Virus record (IMG/VR): IMGVR_UViG_3300020183_000008
Location: 32,001-96,000 of that record
Length of the DNA: 64,000 bases
Source: a virus
Reading direction: 5' to 3' (one strand)
Shown here: piece after piece, positions 26,396 to 37,161 of the stretch
Numbering within the stretch: position 1 is the stretch's first letter
Layout: each line of letters opens with the position of its first letter
Made by a program: the position numbers and the translations under genes
The notes under the pieces: generated by a model
What the model was told of the DNA's origin: nothing
Database searches by the model: none
The model's input: the letters and a program-made list of their open reading frames with translations, nothing else

Positions 26396-28432
26396 TCAAA
26401 TTGTATTGCAGGTCACAGAAACGGATCCCAAAAGAGGTAACCCTGTCATATAATCTTTGTGCCCCGCTGGACCGTTATTCACAACACCCCCTTGAGCCAA
26501 ACTTCCAATTTTAACCAAAGGAGCATTCAACTCAATTTGTAATGCTTTCAAACTCAATCTTAATGCAGATAAGTTCATTACCCCAGCGAGAGTCGAAATC
26601 GTTACATTTCCAACCAAAGTTTTCAAATCTATGTTCCCTACACCCACCTGAACTTTGAAATTACCCACACCAATTTTAGTTTCTCGCTTACCGAGAAGAA
26701 TATCTTCGGTGATGGTACCTGCTAACATTTTCGTTTTTTTACTACCTAAGAGCATTTCTAGTTCTTTATTACCTAATAGAATTCTCTCGAAATCAGCAGT
26801 CGTACTACCTTTCGTTACGTTCGGGCTTGCAATCACCACCCTCCTACCAAAACCGATGTTGGTCTGTTGGTCGAGAGTGATGTTTTCACGCAACCCACCA
26901 CCGTAATTGTTGCTTTTATCTTCAACAAAGTTGTCTACTTTTTTACCCAAGACACGATGCTCTAGTTTACCATTTACTTGAACAATTTCATCGCCTCGTA
27001 TTTCAGTATACCGACTACCCTCGATGACCATATCTACGTTGCCCGCTAAACGTATTCTAGCTGCATTTCTTTGTGTATCTGTACCTGCAACCTCAAGATT
27101 CAAACCTTTTTCTAACAACAAGTCGAGAGATCTACTGCGGGTACTTTCCGCACCGAAACGCATCCGTACACCACCCTCGGTATCCAACAACAGGCTCCGA
27201 CCATCTGATGATTGTTTTCCGATAACCATCTTCAGTGAACCGAGTAAACCTATGTTCGCTGATCTTCCTGAGCCCATAGGATAGATCGCGGAAGACCTGT
27301 CTAATGAAAACTCTAGTACGCCCTCTTTGTTAAACGACAAACTTGTTTTTGTGTTCGGTAGTTTTACTTGAAAAGCAGTTGCTTGTTTTTCATCACCGTT
27401 GATACCGTTTGAAGTTTCGACAGGTATATCATCGGTGATTATGTCTTTTCTATTGTCAGAAGAAAACACAACGGATCTTAAAATTTTTCCGTATTTGTAT
27501 TTCCCTTCTTTGGAAATGGGATCGTTCCCTACCAAAGTACCGAGAGAAAAAGATACTAAAGGTTTTTTTACAATTCCATCTTTGTCGGATCCTGAACCTG
27601 AAATCAAAGGATCTTGGTTTGAATAAACAGATTCTTCAGGCGCACCTACGCTATCATCAGCGGTTTCTAATAAATCAAGTCTAAACTCAGTGAATGATTT
27701 TACTCCCGCAGCTCCGTATGGAGACTCACCATAAGGAAAGTTGAGATGCTTCGGTGAATTTGTAACTCTGAAAAACTTTCTTCCATCTGCAAGATATCGA
27801 ACAGCAGGGTTAAATTGATTTGAGAACTCAGGATGATCGATCAACTCATTTCTATGGATTAAACCAAAATTTAAGCGCCCTGCTTTTGAATTCAAAGTTT
27901 GATTTACAGCAAGAAACGACATCACGTTTGAAAAACTGTCGAGATTTATTTCATTAAAACTAGAATCTTGGAGGAAAATAGACCTGTCTATGCGAACATC
28001 AGAACCATGTTTAGATGAAATCAGAAACTCACCTGGATATAGCTTCCACTGCTTTAATCGTGAAAGAAGCCGCAAATTATCAGCATCCGAGATATTCGTG
28101 CTGCGTAACCTAAAAGGGTCAAAAAGATAAGAAAAATAAGGAGAAACGGGCAGGAATCCCTCAACAATCGGCAGACCCTCACCAACCGTATTATGCATGT
28201 AAGAAACAATCGCGATTGAACCTTCAGTAGGCATACCTCCCATAAAGGAACCTACAAAAGAATTCATGTTCGAGAAAGGCACGGCTGTGCTGAAAGCATC
28301 CGCATCCAAAAAACGAATATCAACGGTCATCCTAAAATAGTCTACCCGAATGACCTCAGCGTATCTTTTTCTTTGTGAATCTACTTTATTTTTGAAATTG
28401 GAATAAGGTTTTCTATCAAACTTAGACATCAA
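26396..28432 (-). CDS. Baseplate central spike (gp5/VgrG-like)
   Basis: N-terminal OB-fold-like region (VIRVDY...MP.EGS) and C-terminal beta-helix repeats (LLGNKE, LLGSKK, LAGTIT, GVGNFK). Confidence 0.7.
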   Translation of the reverse strand: MMSKFDRKPYSNFKNKVDSQRKRYAEVIRVDYFRMTVDIRFLDADAFSTAVPFSNMNSFVGSFMGGMPTEGSIAIVSYMHNTVGEGLPIVEGFLPVSPYFSYLFDPFRLRSTNISDADNLRLLSRLKQWKLYPGEFLISSKHGSDVRIDRSIFLQDSSFNEINLDSFSNVMSFLAVNQTLNSKAGRLNFGLIHRNELIDHPEFSNQFNPAVRYLADGRKFFRVTNSPKHLNFPYGESPYGAAGVKSFTEFRLDLLETADDSVGAPEESVYSNQDPLISGSGSDKDGIVKKPLVSFSLGTLVGNDPISKEGKYKYGKILRSVVFSSDNRKDIITDDIPVETSNGINGDEKQATAFQVKLPNTKTSLSFNKEGVLEFSLDRSSAIYPMGSGRSANIGLLGSLKMVIGKQSSDGRSLLLDTEGGVRMRFGAESTRSRSLDLLLEKGLNLEVAGTDTQRNAARIRLAGNVDMVIEGSRYTEIRGDEIVQVNGKLEHRVLGKKVDNFVEDKSNNYGGGLRENITLDQQTNIGFGRRVVIASPNVTKGSTTADFERILLGNKELEMLLGSKKTKMLAGTITEDILLGKRETKIGVGNFKVQVGVGNIDLKTLVGNVTISTLAGVMNLSALRLSLKALQIELNAPLVKIGSLAQGGVVNNGPAGHKDYMTGLPLLGSVSVTCNTI

Positions 28433-30618
28433 TTTTTACCTTTTCCAGAAGTATTGTTCTTCGCAGATGAGGGGGATGCGTTAGCTATTGTACCTGATTT
28501 GTCTCTACTAGATTTATTTTTAGTCTTCGTTGGAGATGGTACATCTTTTCTTTCCGCAGTCGGAGTCATGTTAGAGAGTTTTCTTGTAATTGTTAATCTT
28601 TGATTTGATGTATCTAAATTCAAAGAAGTTTTCTTAGGCTGAATCTGACCTTTTGAATCTAGTAGAAGATTTGATCCATAAGATATAACACCAACTAAAT
28701 CATAACCATCGGTGTCAGTGATGGGTTGAACCCCTGAGTTGAAAAAATCTCCATCAGAAGTTCTAGCTTTAGTCACTTGTCTTCTTTGGTTCATTTTCGT
28801 GCCTGTGCCCTTGATTTTATTGGCACTTTCTAAGGACTGCTTTTCGTTTGATAACTCATCATAATCTAGCTTATTTAACTGCGCTTGATTTGATGTCGTG
28901 CTCGGTCTCATGACCATGTTAGGACCGTACGGGCTTTTATATCGGAACGCTTCTAATGTAAGAGTCGTTCTCGCTGAACTACCGAAAGATAAGCTATGGC
29001 TAATTCCAGTGACATACGCGAAACAATTTTTCTCTTCGAAATAAATAGGGTAACCCAATTTTATCTCTGGAGTCAGAGGAATAGTAATTGAACCTGTCAT
29101 TCTTCTTGCATTGTGTCTATCCATTTCGTTCTGAGCGTATATTGCAAGAAGTTTTGATTGGTCAGACTCTTTAAATGAACCCACCATCTGTAAATCAGTT
29201 GTTTGCGCTCGAATACCGTATTTTTCAGCTAGTCGAGCATCAAAAGCGACACCGACATGTTGAATCTCTCCCGCTGTAGAAAATTCTTGCGTCAAAGATC
29301 CACGTACCGAAAAAAGCGTGAAAACATCATCCGATTCATCAATAGAGAAATCAAATATATCTTCATCTTTAATAACAAAAGGTCTATATGCTCGAACATC
29401 GATGTTGAAAAAAGGAGGCTTAAATACTATTTGACCATCGAGAGACATATAAAATTCATAGCCGATGTAATCTTTACAGGTTGTCGCGATGTCAAATAAT
29501 GAACTGAAAGATGAATTATCGACGGTATCAATATCAGCTATTTGACCATAAGGTGCAGCATTATCGATGAGTTGCTGCATCATCCTATCCAACCCAGAGT
29601 TATCAAAAGATGTTGATACTGATGCATCGACCGCATCATCGACATCTCTTAAACTCTGTGAAATAGATGATGCACCTTCAGTGCCTAGAACAACTGATTG
29701 AGACTTACTGTCTTTTCTGCTTTCAAGCTGAATGTTTGCCGATCGAAACTCAGATGCGTTTACTTTATCCTGAGGGTCTAAACGATTTTTTTGTTTGTTT
29801 AATTGTTCACCTCGGCTACCCTTATAACCAAAAATGATCAAATCAATAAAATTCGTATCATTGTTTTGGTCTAACCCAAACCTCTTAGTCCAATAATCAG
29901 CCAAAATATCATTCTGAAGATTTACCAAATCTTTTTTTGAAATTGGTTCATAGGTAGTAGACCTAAGAGCGCCGGTAAAAGATATTGTATTGAATGTTTC
30001 TGGGACGAAAGCTGCATTTATTGGAGTACCATCAGGAGATTTTCTTTGACCCCCGAACGCAAAATTGACTATCTCTTTGATAATTTCTTTTGGATTTTTT
30101 TTCTTAAAAACACCCACATACGGAACTGATGCAGCCCCCGTGTTTTCCATAGCCAAAACACTAGGACGTAAATTCATTTTTGTTATCTGCATCCAATAAA
30201 GCATATCAACACACTGAATTGAAAGAGTGTGTGTTTCACCTGAATAACTTTCATTGACAGACCTAACTATACCATGAAACTGCTGATAAGGTGGGGGTAA
30301 TTCAAGAACACCAGAAGAATTGACCGTGTGGAATCGACCTTTTAAGAAAATCTTAACTTCCATCATAGGTTTTATGATCGTTTGACCATCGGAAAAATAC
30401 TTTGAATACTCGCTTCTAGGCACTGATATTTCAAAAGACGCTGATGCAGGTGGAGCATCCACGTTTCCATTGATAGATAAGTTTGTTATATCATCGTTGA
30501 AATTTACACGCTCACCTTTTGAAGACTCAATATAACTTAACTGATTGATTAAAATGAAACCATCTGGCGCATATCTTTGCACTATCTTATGGGTATAAGT
30601 TTGCTTCAGATGTTTCAT
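28429..30618 (-). CDS. Baseplate hub protein (gp27-like)
   Basis: YEFYMSLDGQIVFKPPF, KYGIR, GSITIPLTPEIKLG and YVTGISHS...TTLTL. Confidence 0.72.
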   Translation of the reverse strand: MKHLKQTYTHKIVQRYAPDGFILINQLSYIESSKGERVNFNDDITNLSINGNVDAPPASASFEISVPRSEYSKYFSDGQTIIKPMMEVKIFLKGRFHTVNSSGVLELPPPYQQFHGIVRSVNESYSGETHTLSIQCVDMLYWMQITKMNLRPSVLAMENTGAASVPYVGVFKKKNPKEIIKEIVNFAFGGQRKSPDGTPINAAFVPETFNTISFTGALRSTTYEPISKKDLVNLQNDILADYWTKRFGLDQNNDTNFIDLIIFGYKGSRGEQLNKQKNRLDPQDKVNASEFRSANIQLESRKDSKSQSVVLGTEGASSISQSLRDVDDAVDASVSTSFDNSGLDRMMQQLIDNAAPYGQIADIDTVDNSSFSSLFDIATTCKDYIGYEFYMSLDGQIVFKPPFFNIDVRAYRPFVIKDEDIFDFSIDESDDVFTLFSVRGSLTQEFSTAGEIQHVGVAFDARLAEKYGIRAQTTDLQMVGSFKESDQSKLLAIYAQNEMDRHNARRMTGSITIPLTPEIKLGYPIYFEEKNCFAYVTGISHSLSFGSSARTTLTLEAFRYKSPYGPNMVMRPSTTSNQAQLNKLDYDELSNEKQSLESANKIKGTGTKMNQRRQVTKARTSDGDFFNSGVQPITDTDGYDLVGVISYGSNLLLDSKGQIQPKKTSLNLDTSNQRLTITRKLSNMTPTAERKDVPSPTKTKNKSSRDKSGTIANASPSSAKNNTSGKGKN

Positions 30619-31937
30619 CCGTTTGACCTGCTCTTCTGTTTAGAGACAAAATCCAAAATGTAGCTCATCTTTGCGTTTTCATTTGAAGGAAGATTCGCGT
30701 AAAACTGTTCGGCTTCTTCAGCATCACGAAAATCCACCTTGAGACTCGCTCTTGCGTTATTAGAACCACCAGCTTGATATATAAAAGGTTTGGTTGAATC
30801 TCTTTTGCCTAAAGCTGAAACTAGAGTAGGAAACAGAGTCTCTTTTGGATTCTCGAAAACAGTTTTATTAGGTTCAGTGAATAGTGCATTTTGACTCGAT
30901 TTTGGAGATTCCCCTGAAGCTCTGAGAGCGGCTTCTATCGCACTAAACTCATCGGCAACGTAATTTGATTGATCTGTCAAATTATTCGCTGATATTCCTG
31001 TATCTACTTCACGATGATTACTCGATGACACACCCATTAAATCAAAAAGACTTACAATCGAGCTACAGTTAAAAGTAAAGCTGTAGTTCAATGTAAAAGG
31101 ATTTTCAGCATCTTCTGTTATTTCAAAAGATTCAAAATTACCGATGAAAATATCCTCAGCGTAAATTATGATTATATGACCTACATCAAGTATTCTGTTT
31201 CTACTTGAGGGAACCACATCTTCACCGTAAGATGTACCTACAACACATCCGTTGTTTTTGTATATTTGGACAAGGTTCATGAAGTTTGTGTATGATGCGG
31301 CTTGCCATCGTTCTAATCGAGTCAAACCTGTCTCAGCAGTGTAAAAACCGCTAATAACACCGCTCGCTGAAATCTGCTCAAGGTCATCGCCCCAACGCTC
31401 GGTCTTTATACCATTTCTCGTCCAAATGTTTTGCTGAACTTTTGATACGCTTCGTGACCAAGAAGAGGGGTTAACGAAAAGCATCAAATCTTGTGGAGGT
31501 GTTTTTTTAGCTGTTGCTGGGAGCGCGACCTTAAAAACCATAGGGAAAATAGGTGCTTTTGATGCAAATACAGGGGTGAGTGATTTTGCTTTTCTGTCAG
31601 CCTGCCAAACATCTAAGGTGTCTAGCTGTGTAAAAATAGCATCATTAGAAAGAACTACAGGGATAGAATCTGTATTTCCATCGAAATTAGGATCGTAGGT
31701 TTTAGGTGGTTTGTTTCTTGGGTCTAAGTTATTTTTGTATTGGTTTATCAAATCACCATAATTACTTACAGTATCATTCGTGTAAATATCAGAAGCAAAA
31801 CTTTTTGCTTCACCGATTACATCCGAATTGAATTTACTTAACGACCCTTTTCGGTCATCTAAATATTTTTGAAGTTTGTTCGTTGAAGATTGAAGGTCAC
31901 TCGCTGAACTGACTAAAGATTGACTGATTTTACTCAT
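30615..31937 (-). CDS. Baseplate/tail-tube initiator-like protein
   Basis: VNPSSW...ERWGDDL...G.FESFEITEDAENPF..NYSF; paralogous to the neighbouring gene. Confidence 0.6.
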   Translation of the reverse strand: MSKISQSLVSSASDLQSSTNKLQKYLDDRKGSLSKFNSDVIGEAKSFASDIYTNDTVSNYGDLINQYKNNLDPRNKPPKTYDPNFDGNTDSIPVVLSNDAIFTQLDTLDVWQADRKAKSLTPVFASKAPIFPMVFKVALPATAKKTPPQDLMLFVNPSSWSRSVSKVQQNIWTRNGIKTERWGDDLEQISASGVISGFYTAETGLTRLERWQAASYTNFMNLVQIYKNNGCVVGTSYGEDVVPSSRNRILDVGHIIIIYAEDIFIGNFESFEITEDAENPFTLNYSFTFNCSSIVSLFDLMGVSSSNHREVDTGISANNLTDQSNYVADEFSAIEAALRASGESPKSSQNALFTEPNKTVFENPKETLFPTLVSALGKRDSTKPFIYQAGGSNNARASLKVDFRDAEEAEQFYANLPSNENAKMSYILDFVSKQKSRSNG

Positions 31938-32464
31938 ACCTCAACCGTCGTCCTATGAACTTCGAAGTTAAAATTAAAGTTATAATTAAAAGGTTTTTCA
32001 GCTACTTCTTCCCAACTGAAATTTACAAATTGTCCAGTGAAAACATATTTATCCCAACTTATGCTTATAAAACCTTGAGAAATAACGATACCTTTGTCGT
32101 TGTAGACACAGGCGTTGTTTCTATAAAGAGACAGTATCTCTTGAAAATTTATCATCGCAAGAGTTTTGCTTCTTTGAGATATGTTGACTCCATTTATTAA
32201 ACTGAAAAAACCTCCAGTAGATGCATTTACCTGTAAAGTATCCAACTCATCTCCAAAATGCTCTTCTACAAAACCACCTCTAGTCCTAGAACGGGTGATG
32301 TTTTTTCTGTACGAAAAAGTCAAAGATGTAGGGCTAATATGAAGTTCTATCGTCGGTACGATAACTTCTTTACGGTCTAAAGGATTTATTACACCAGTCA
32401 TGCTGATCCGCATGGTAATCAATTTTGTTTGTGATGAAGGTCTCGCTGGTGTTCTTACCCTCAT
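31934..32464 (-). CDS. Baseplate/tail-tube initiator-like protein
   Basis: ISPTSL...EEHFGDEL...GQFVNFSWEEVAEKPF.YNFNF; directly follows the tape measure gene. Confidence 0.6.
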   Translation of the reverse strand: MRVRTPARPSSQTKLITMRISMTGVINPLDRKEVIVPTIELHISPTSLTFSYRKNITRSRTRGGFVEEHFGDELDTLQVNASTGGFFSLINGVNISQRSKTLAMINFQEILSLYRNNACVYNDKGIVISQGFISISWDKYVFTGQFVNFSWEEVAEKPFNYNFNFNFEVHRTTVEV

Positions 32465-34995
32465 AATTTCTTACCTTGCTCATAAATGACTTTCTTAACT
32501 ATGAGCTCAAGCGGTTGATTGTTCGGAAGTTGTAAAACGGCACTCATATTTATTGTGGGTGAGGAAGTATTTTGAGCTGAGGGTTGATTGTCGGTAGCGG
32601 TCACTTTAGGTAATGTCGGTGCTCCACCTGCCATCGGTGAAGCAACGGGTGTCTGAGCACCCGCATTTGCTGTAGCGACCGGAGTAATTGTTTTATTTTT
32701 TGCTGTAACTTTTGCTCTTTTAGATGTTAATGTAGAACCTGTAATCTGAGCCATGTTTTTAGTCAGATTAGAGTATTGTTTCTCAGTGACAGCGCCGCTT
32801 AAATAATCTGATGCTCCTTTGGCTTCGGGATTCATCTGGGCTATTTCTTTTTTGAGCTCCTCTTGGGCAATCAAAGGTCCTTCATCCTTAAACCAATTCG
32901 CTGGGTTCACCGTGTTAACTAGCTTCTTACCAATTTCAACGAGAACATTGTAAGCCTTCTGCATCAAGTCAGCGATTTTATACAGAATCGAATTACCGAT
33001 GTCGGACATACCGCTCAATTTAGTAATTGTATTCGATGCTATTTCTTCTGCTTCTCTGCGGGCTTGTTCGGCTCCAACACGTTGCTGCAATTCTTTTCTG
33101 CTGTTTTGCAGAAGTTCAGCGAAATTCTGGTTGGTGCTCTCCATCATCGTGGATGTAGCTTCGAGAAAATCTCTGACATCGTTATCAGACATTCCTGTTT
33201 TTGCAGCAAGTAATTTTATCTTTTCAGCATCATTTCTCGCTGTACGCATATCTTTGAAAGTTTTGATGCCTTCTTTTTCTAGTACAGCACCGATCATCCC
33301 AAAGGAACCGAGAGCATCTTGAACAGCCGCACCTGCGTTCAAGCCGCCTTTCTTAACAACCTGTAGACTTTCCAGACGCCTTTGATCCTGATACCTCTCA
33401 GCTTCTGTGCCATAATTTCCCGCAGCTAATCTTTTTTGTATAATATCTTGCTCAATAGCAGCTTGTTTTTTTAACTCTGGACCGTACAAAGCCATCGCTT
33501 TGATACCTTCATCGACAGTCTTAGGTCCGAAATTAGCTAAAGCACTCGTCATCTTGTTCAACTGCTTGGTGGTTAAAGCACCACCTTGAGACATTTTTCT
33601 CAACGCACCTGAAAAATCTTTAGTTTGATCCATGAAAATATTGAATTGAGCAGAGACGGATTGAATAGTCGACAAAAATTGCGTTGTAGTCATACCTGAC
33701 ATTTTTATGTCTTTATTCAAAGTCGCAAAAACATCTTTGATGGTTTCAGACCCAGCCCCAAACGCTTGGAAATATTCTGCGACCATCGAACCAGCTTCGC
33801 TCATTTCAATACCGAAATTCCTGCTTGCCACTGCGGTGGTATCGATGATGCTTTGTAAACCATCAAACCCATTAGAAAGGGTTTTTAAACTTACCCCTCC
33901 GCTCATCAAAGCATTTGTGGATTCGATGATTTGGTCGCTTGTTAAGCGGAGTGTGCCTGACCCAAGAGAGCTTTCTCTCGTAGCCATGTTAACAATAGCA
34001 TTACCTATCTTTTGCATATCTCCTGATTTCATTCCGGCACTACCAAGATTCCGCGATAGTGCTTTGTTTACCTCTTTTTGACGCTCATCAGCTTCGATCG
34101 CCACCATGACAGCGGAAGCAAACCAACCTAGAAATCTCGTAGCGGTAGACACAGCAGCAGATAACTTACCGAAAATACTGGTCAATTTACCAGCAGCTTG
34201 AAGTATAGGCGAATTCGTGCTTGAAAGAGCTTTCCCTGCATCTTTCATAGCCCCACCGAATTTATTATTCGCTCCACGCAAGCCCTTTACCAACCCCTCG
34301 ACAGCATCACGGCTGTACCCACCTTTGAGAGTATCTACTGTCTTTAGAATACCCCTGCCACCAGCGGAAACAGCTCGACCCGCTTGATTCGCGAAGCGAA
34401 CCCCTTTTGTAGATGATGCAATATCCGAACTGTTTGCTCTTATCGCAGCGGTCTCTTTAGTCATTTCTTTTAGAGCTTTTAGATTTCCTCTGAGAGCTAC
34501 GGCTTCTTTTTTTCTAAGAACAACTGTATCCTCAATTTTTTCTAGCTCTTTCTGCAAAAAATCTTCACGCTCTTGATCATCTGAAATCAAATCTGATTTT
34601 ATTTTGACTTGTTGTCGTAAAGCATCACCGATAGCATCAGCGGCTATAACCAAATCACGAGTGCGTTTTATCTCGGATTCATTTTTTTGCAGTCTCTTAT
34701 ATTGCAATTTTAAGGCTGTTTTTTCACCATTGAGAGTATCATCCATCGCTGATTGAGTGGATTTCAAAGCATCTCGGTAACGGTTGGAATTTTTTCCGTA
34801 CTCATCGCCGATTTTTTTAACGCTCCGAATCAAAGAATCAACTACTTTTTTAGTTTCGCGATTTCCAAGAATAGAAGTTTTGGTTAATTCTTCGGATGTT
34901 TTTATCACATTCCTTAAAGAACGTGTGGCATCCTGCTCTTTGACTTGAAGCTCAAGTTCTAAAATTTCCTGAGTTTTTCTTTTATTATCAGCCAT
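32461..34995 (-). CDS. Tail tape measure protein
   Basis: 844 aa, A/G/K-rich and helical with a hydrophobic segment; directly upstream of baseplate genes. Confidence 0.75.
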   Translation of the reverse strand: MADNKRKTQEILELELQVKEQDATRSLRNVIKTSEELTKTSILGNRETKKVVDSLIRSVKKIGDEYGKNSNRYRDALKSTQSAMDDTLNGEKTALKLQYKRLQKNESEIKRTRDLVIAADAIGDALRQQVKIKSDLISDDQEREDFLQKELEKIEDTVVLRKKEAVALRGNLKALKEMTKETAAIRANSSDIASSTKGVRFANQAGRAVSAGGRGILKTVDTLKGGYSRDAVEGLVKGLRGANNKFGGAMKDAGKALSSTNSPILQAAGKLTSIFGKLSAAVSTATRFLGWFASAVMVAIEADERQKEVNKALSRNLGSAGMKSGDMQKIGNAIVNMATRESSLGSGTLRLTSDQIIESTNALMSGGVSLKTLSNGFDGLQSIIDTTAVASRNFGIEMSEAGSMVAEYFQAFGAGSETIKDVFATLNKDIKMSGMTTTQFLSTIQSVSAQFNIFMDQTKDFSGALRKMSQGGALTTKQLNKMTSALANFGPKTVDEGIKAMALYGPELKKQAAIEQDIIQKRLAAGNYGTEAERYQDQRRLESLQVVKKGGLNAGAAVQDALGSFGMIGAVLEKEGIKTFKDMRTARNDAEKIKLLAAKTGMSDNDVRDFLEATSTMMESTNQNFAELLQNSRKELQQRVGAEQARREAEEIASNTITKLSGMSDIGNSILYKIADLMQKAYNVLVEIGKKLVNTVNPANWFKDEGPLIAQEELKKEIAQMNPEAKGASDYLSGAVTEKQYSNLTKNMAQITGSTLTSKRAKVTAKNKTITPVATANAGAQTPVASPMAGGAPTLPKVTATDNQPSAQNTSSPTINMSAVLQLPNNQPLELIVKKVIYEQGKKL

Positions 34996-35099
34996 TCAAC
35001 CACCGATTCTTGGAGTTCAAATGATAAATAAATTAGCCTTTTATAATCAAATCATTTTTTGAGCCATTCGAGAGAATCCACTCTCAAAGGAGTATTTAT

Positions 35100-36215
35100 A
35101 TGCGGTTGCTTTCAGTTTTATCCATGATCCTAATTACAGGATGCGCTACACCACCGCTGTCTATGAAACCAGTTGATGCGCAAGTCCCTGAGTTGAAATT
35201 TTCTTATTACAAAAATGGTTTGTTCAAATCTGCATACGGGCATGCTGGAAATCATTTTAAAGAAGGTGAACCTAAGATTTTCAAAGTCAAAGTCAACAAA
35301 TTTGGAGGTTCCTGTAAATTAAGGTACATCGATGGTAACGATGATGTTACTAAAGATTGCACAGGTATGTCTGAAGTTACTTTAGACATGGGTACCCATT
35401 ACCAAGATCAACCTGAAGTGATTGGAATTTCTGTATCTCAAGAAAAATTAGGTATTCAACAAGGTTATTTCTACAGTTTGATGAGAAAAGAGCGTGAGGC
35501 TCTCCCCGTTGATTTTCGATGCCCGTACTCCGAGTCTTTAGGAGATTTAGCTGTTTGCACGAGACCATCTTCCTACGCGTTCAAAGTTAAAACAATCATA
35601 ACAAATGACTTGCAAGGTGATTTGTTACAGACGTTCGTTTGTAACGATGGTTCTAAATTCGAATCAATCACTCCGATTACAGGTGTAGGAGAAAAAAGTC
35701 TCGAATTTACTGTTAAAAACCCAACCTTTTGCACGGTTGGTTTAGGACTGAGGCAAGGTAAAAAACCCGATGGTTCACACACCATTCTTCAAGCAAAATC
35801 TATTTTTGTAAGATTCTATGACCCTCTTTACATTCCTCTAGGAGTACCCAATCTAATCATGGATGGTGGGGTTAGAAAAGTATGCACAGGAGATACCTAC
35901 GCAGCGTATACACTGTTCAACCAAGATGGTGCCTACGTGGAACCACAAACGTGTTTCAATGCACCGGGTTTTTTTGAATTTTTTGCGTGGGATTCGATAG
36001 GTAGATTTTCGTTTAAATCTAGTGATTCTTTTTCCTTATCTTTACAGAGACAAGAAGGCTGGGACTTTTACGAAAAAGCTAAACCTTGGATTAAAAAAAA
36101 TATGCCTAAATGCAAAACAGATGAATGCACCAAAAAAGAATATGCTAAACTCATAAAAAATCCCAAAATGGTCACAGCTATCGAAAACTGGGATTCTTCA
36201 GTTCTCTATAAATAA
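35100..36215 (+). CDS. Cys-rich lipoprotein
   Basis: Signal peptide MRLLSVLSMILITG-C (lipobox), AAGGAG RBS, many Cys. Confidence 0.75.
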   Translation: MRLLSVLSMILITGCATPPLSMKPVDAQVPELKFSYYKNGLFKSAYGHAGNHFKEGEPKIFKVKVNKFGGSCKLRYIDGNDDVTKDCTGMSEVTLDMGTHYQDQPEVIGISVSQEKLGIQQGYFYSLMRKEREALPVDFRCPYSESLGDLAVCTRPSSYAFKVKTIITNDLQGDLLQTFVCNDGSKFESITPITGVGEKSLEFTVKNPTFCTVGLGLRQGKKPDGSHTILQAKSIFVRFYDPLYIPLGVPNLIMDGGVRKVCTGDTYAAYTLFNQDGAYVEPQTCFNAPGFFEFFAWDSIGRFSFKSSDSFSLSLQRQEGWDFYEKAKPWIKKNMPKCKTDECTKKEYAKLIKNPKMVTAIENWDSSVLYK

Positions 36216-36224
36216 GGATATCTT

Positions 36225-36482
36225 ATGTCAGAAACTATGCTCGAAATTCTTCAGAGATATGCAGCTCAGTTGATAACTGTATTTGGTGGTATCAGCCCTG
36301 CACTCGGGGGTATCGCTACTTTAGTTATAGCGGCACTTATCGCATATTTCTCAGTGAAAGCCAAAAAAGAAAAGACTGAAGAGCAAAATAAAAAATCAGG
36401 TGAGACTATAGGGGATAGGACTGGTAAAGATCAAGATACTGTAGGGCAAGTTCAAGATAAACTCGATGACTTTTTAAAGTAG
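36225..36482 (+). CDS. Small membrane protein (holin/spanin-like topology)
   Basis: Hydrophobic stretch LITVFGGISPALGGIATLVIAALIAYFSV followed by a charged tail. Confidence 0.55.
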   Translation: MSETMLEILQRYAAQLITVFGGISPALGGIATLVIAALIAYFSVKAKKEKTEEQNKKSGETIGDRTGKDQDTVGQVQDKLDDFLK

Positions 36483-36503
36483 GATCGAATATTCGATCCT
36501 ACT
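36478..36503. repeat. Perfect 26-bp palindrome between convergent genes, possibly a bidirectional terminator
   Basis: AGTAGGATCGAATATTCGATCCTACT equals its own reverse complement and contains both TAG stops. Confidence 0.85.
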
Positions 36504-36834
36504 GTATTTCTACCTTCCGACCTATTTTTTTGAGTACCAAAGGAATAAAAATACTCAAAACACCATTCTCTAAAGTTGCTTTCAATTCATCTATCGAAAG
36601 TTTATTAGAGTCAAGATGATAGGTTTTAGTAAATTTAGTTTTTCTTAGACTTGGTTTGTTGTCTGATTTTCTTTCTGCTACAACAGTTAAAAAACTACCA
36701 TTCACCTCAATATTGATATCATCTTTACGGAAGCCCGCCATTTCAATTAAAATATGGCAACCATCCACAGCTTCAAAAATTTCATCTTGAGAAACAGGTC
36801 TATCAAAATTAAATTTTACAGCATCGTAAAACAT
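36499..36834 (-). CDS. Hsp20/alpha-crystallin small heat shock protein
   Basis: EMAGFRKDDINIEV...LTVVAER...ATLENGVLSIFIP. Confidence 0.9.
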   Translation of the reverse strand: MFYDAVKFNFDRPVSQDEIFEAVDGCHILIEMAGFRKDDINIEVNGSFLTVVAERKSDNKPSLRKTKFTKTYHLDSNKLSIDELKATLENGVLSIFIPLVLKKIGRKVEIQ

Positions 36835-36879
36835 AAACTTCCCTCCCTGTTTTTTAACATGGGTCTGAAATTTAAATTG

Positions 36880-37161
36880 TCAAATTACTTCTATTAAAAA
36901 AACCGAAGATACAGTGAATACCTGATAGTCCTTGTTTACTTGTTTAACTACCTGAACGGTATCTGCTGCAAATTGAAAAGGTTTTTCTGAGAATTTAGTC
37001 CCGCTTACTTTCAGTTGTAAACCTTTATATTTAACTTCATCGATTGTAATCTCTTTTCCGCTTGTATCAACAAGGATACCAGAAACCTTAAACCCAACTG
37101 GGATTAAACCTTGCTTATTTGGATTTAACGATTTTAATTTTGTAACTAAAACTTCAGGCAT
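36880..37161 (-). CDS. Hypothetical protein
   Basis: 93 aa, overlapping the upstream gene. Confidence 0.55.
   Translation of the reverse strand: MPEVLVTKLKSLNPNKQGLIPVGFKVSGILVDTSGKEITIDEVKYKGLQLKVSGTKFSEKPFQFAADTVQVVKQVNKDYQVFTVSSVFLIEVI

Noticed and set aside
25015-34995. Tail/baseplate block as a tailocin, eCIS or T6SS
   Set aside because: Portal, terminase and a full replisome in the same window indicate a genuine phage.
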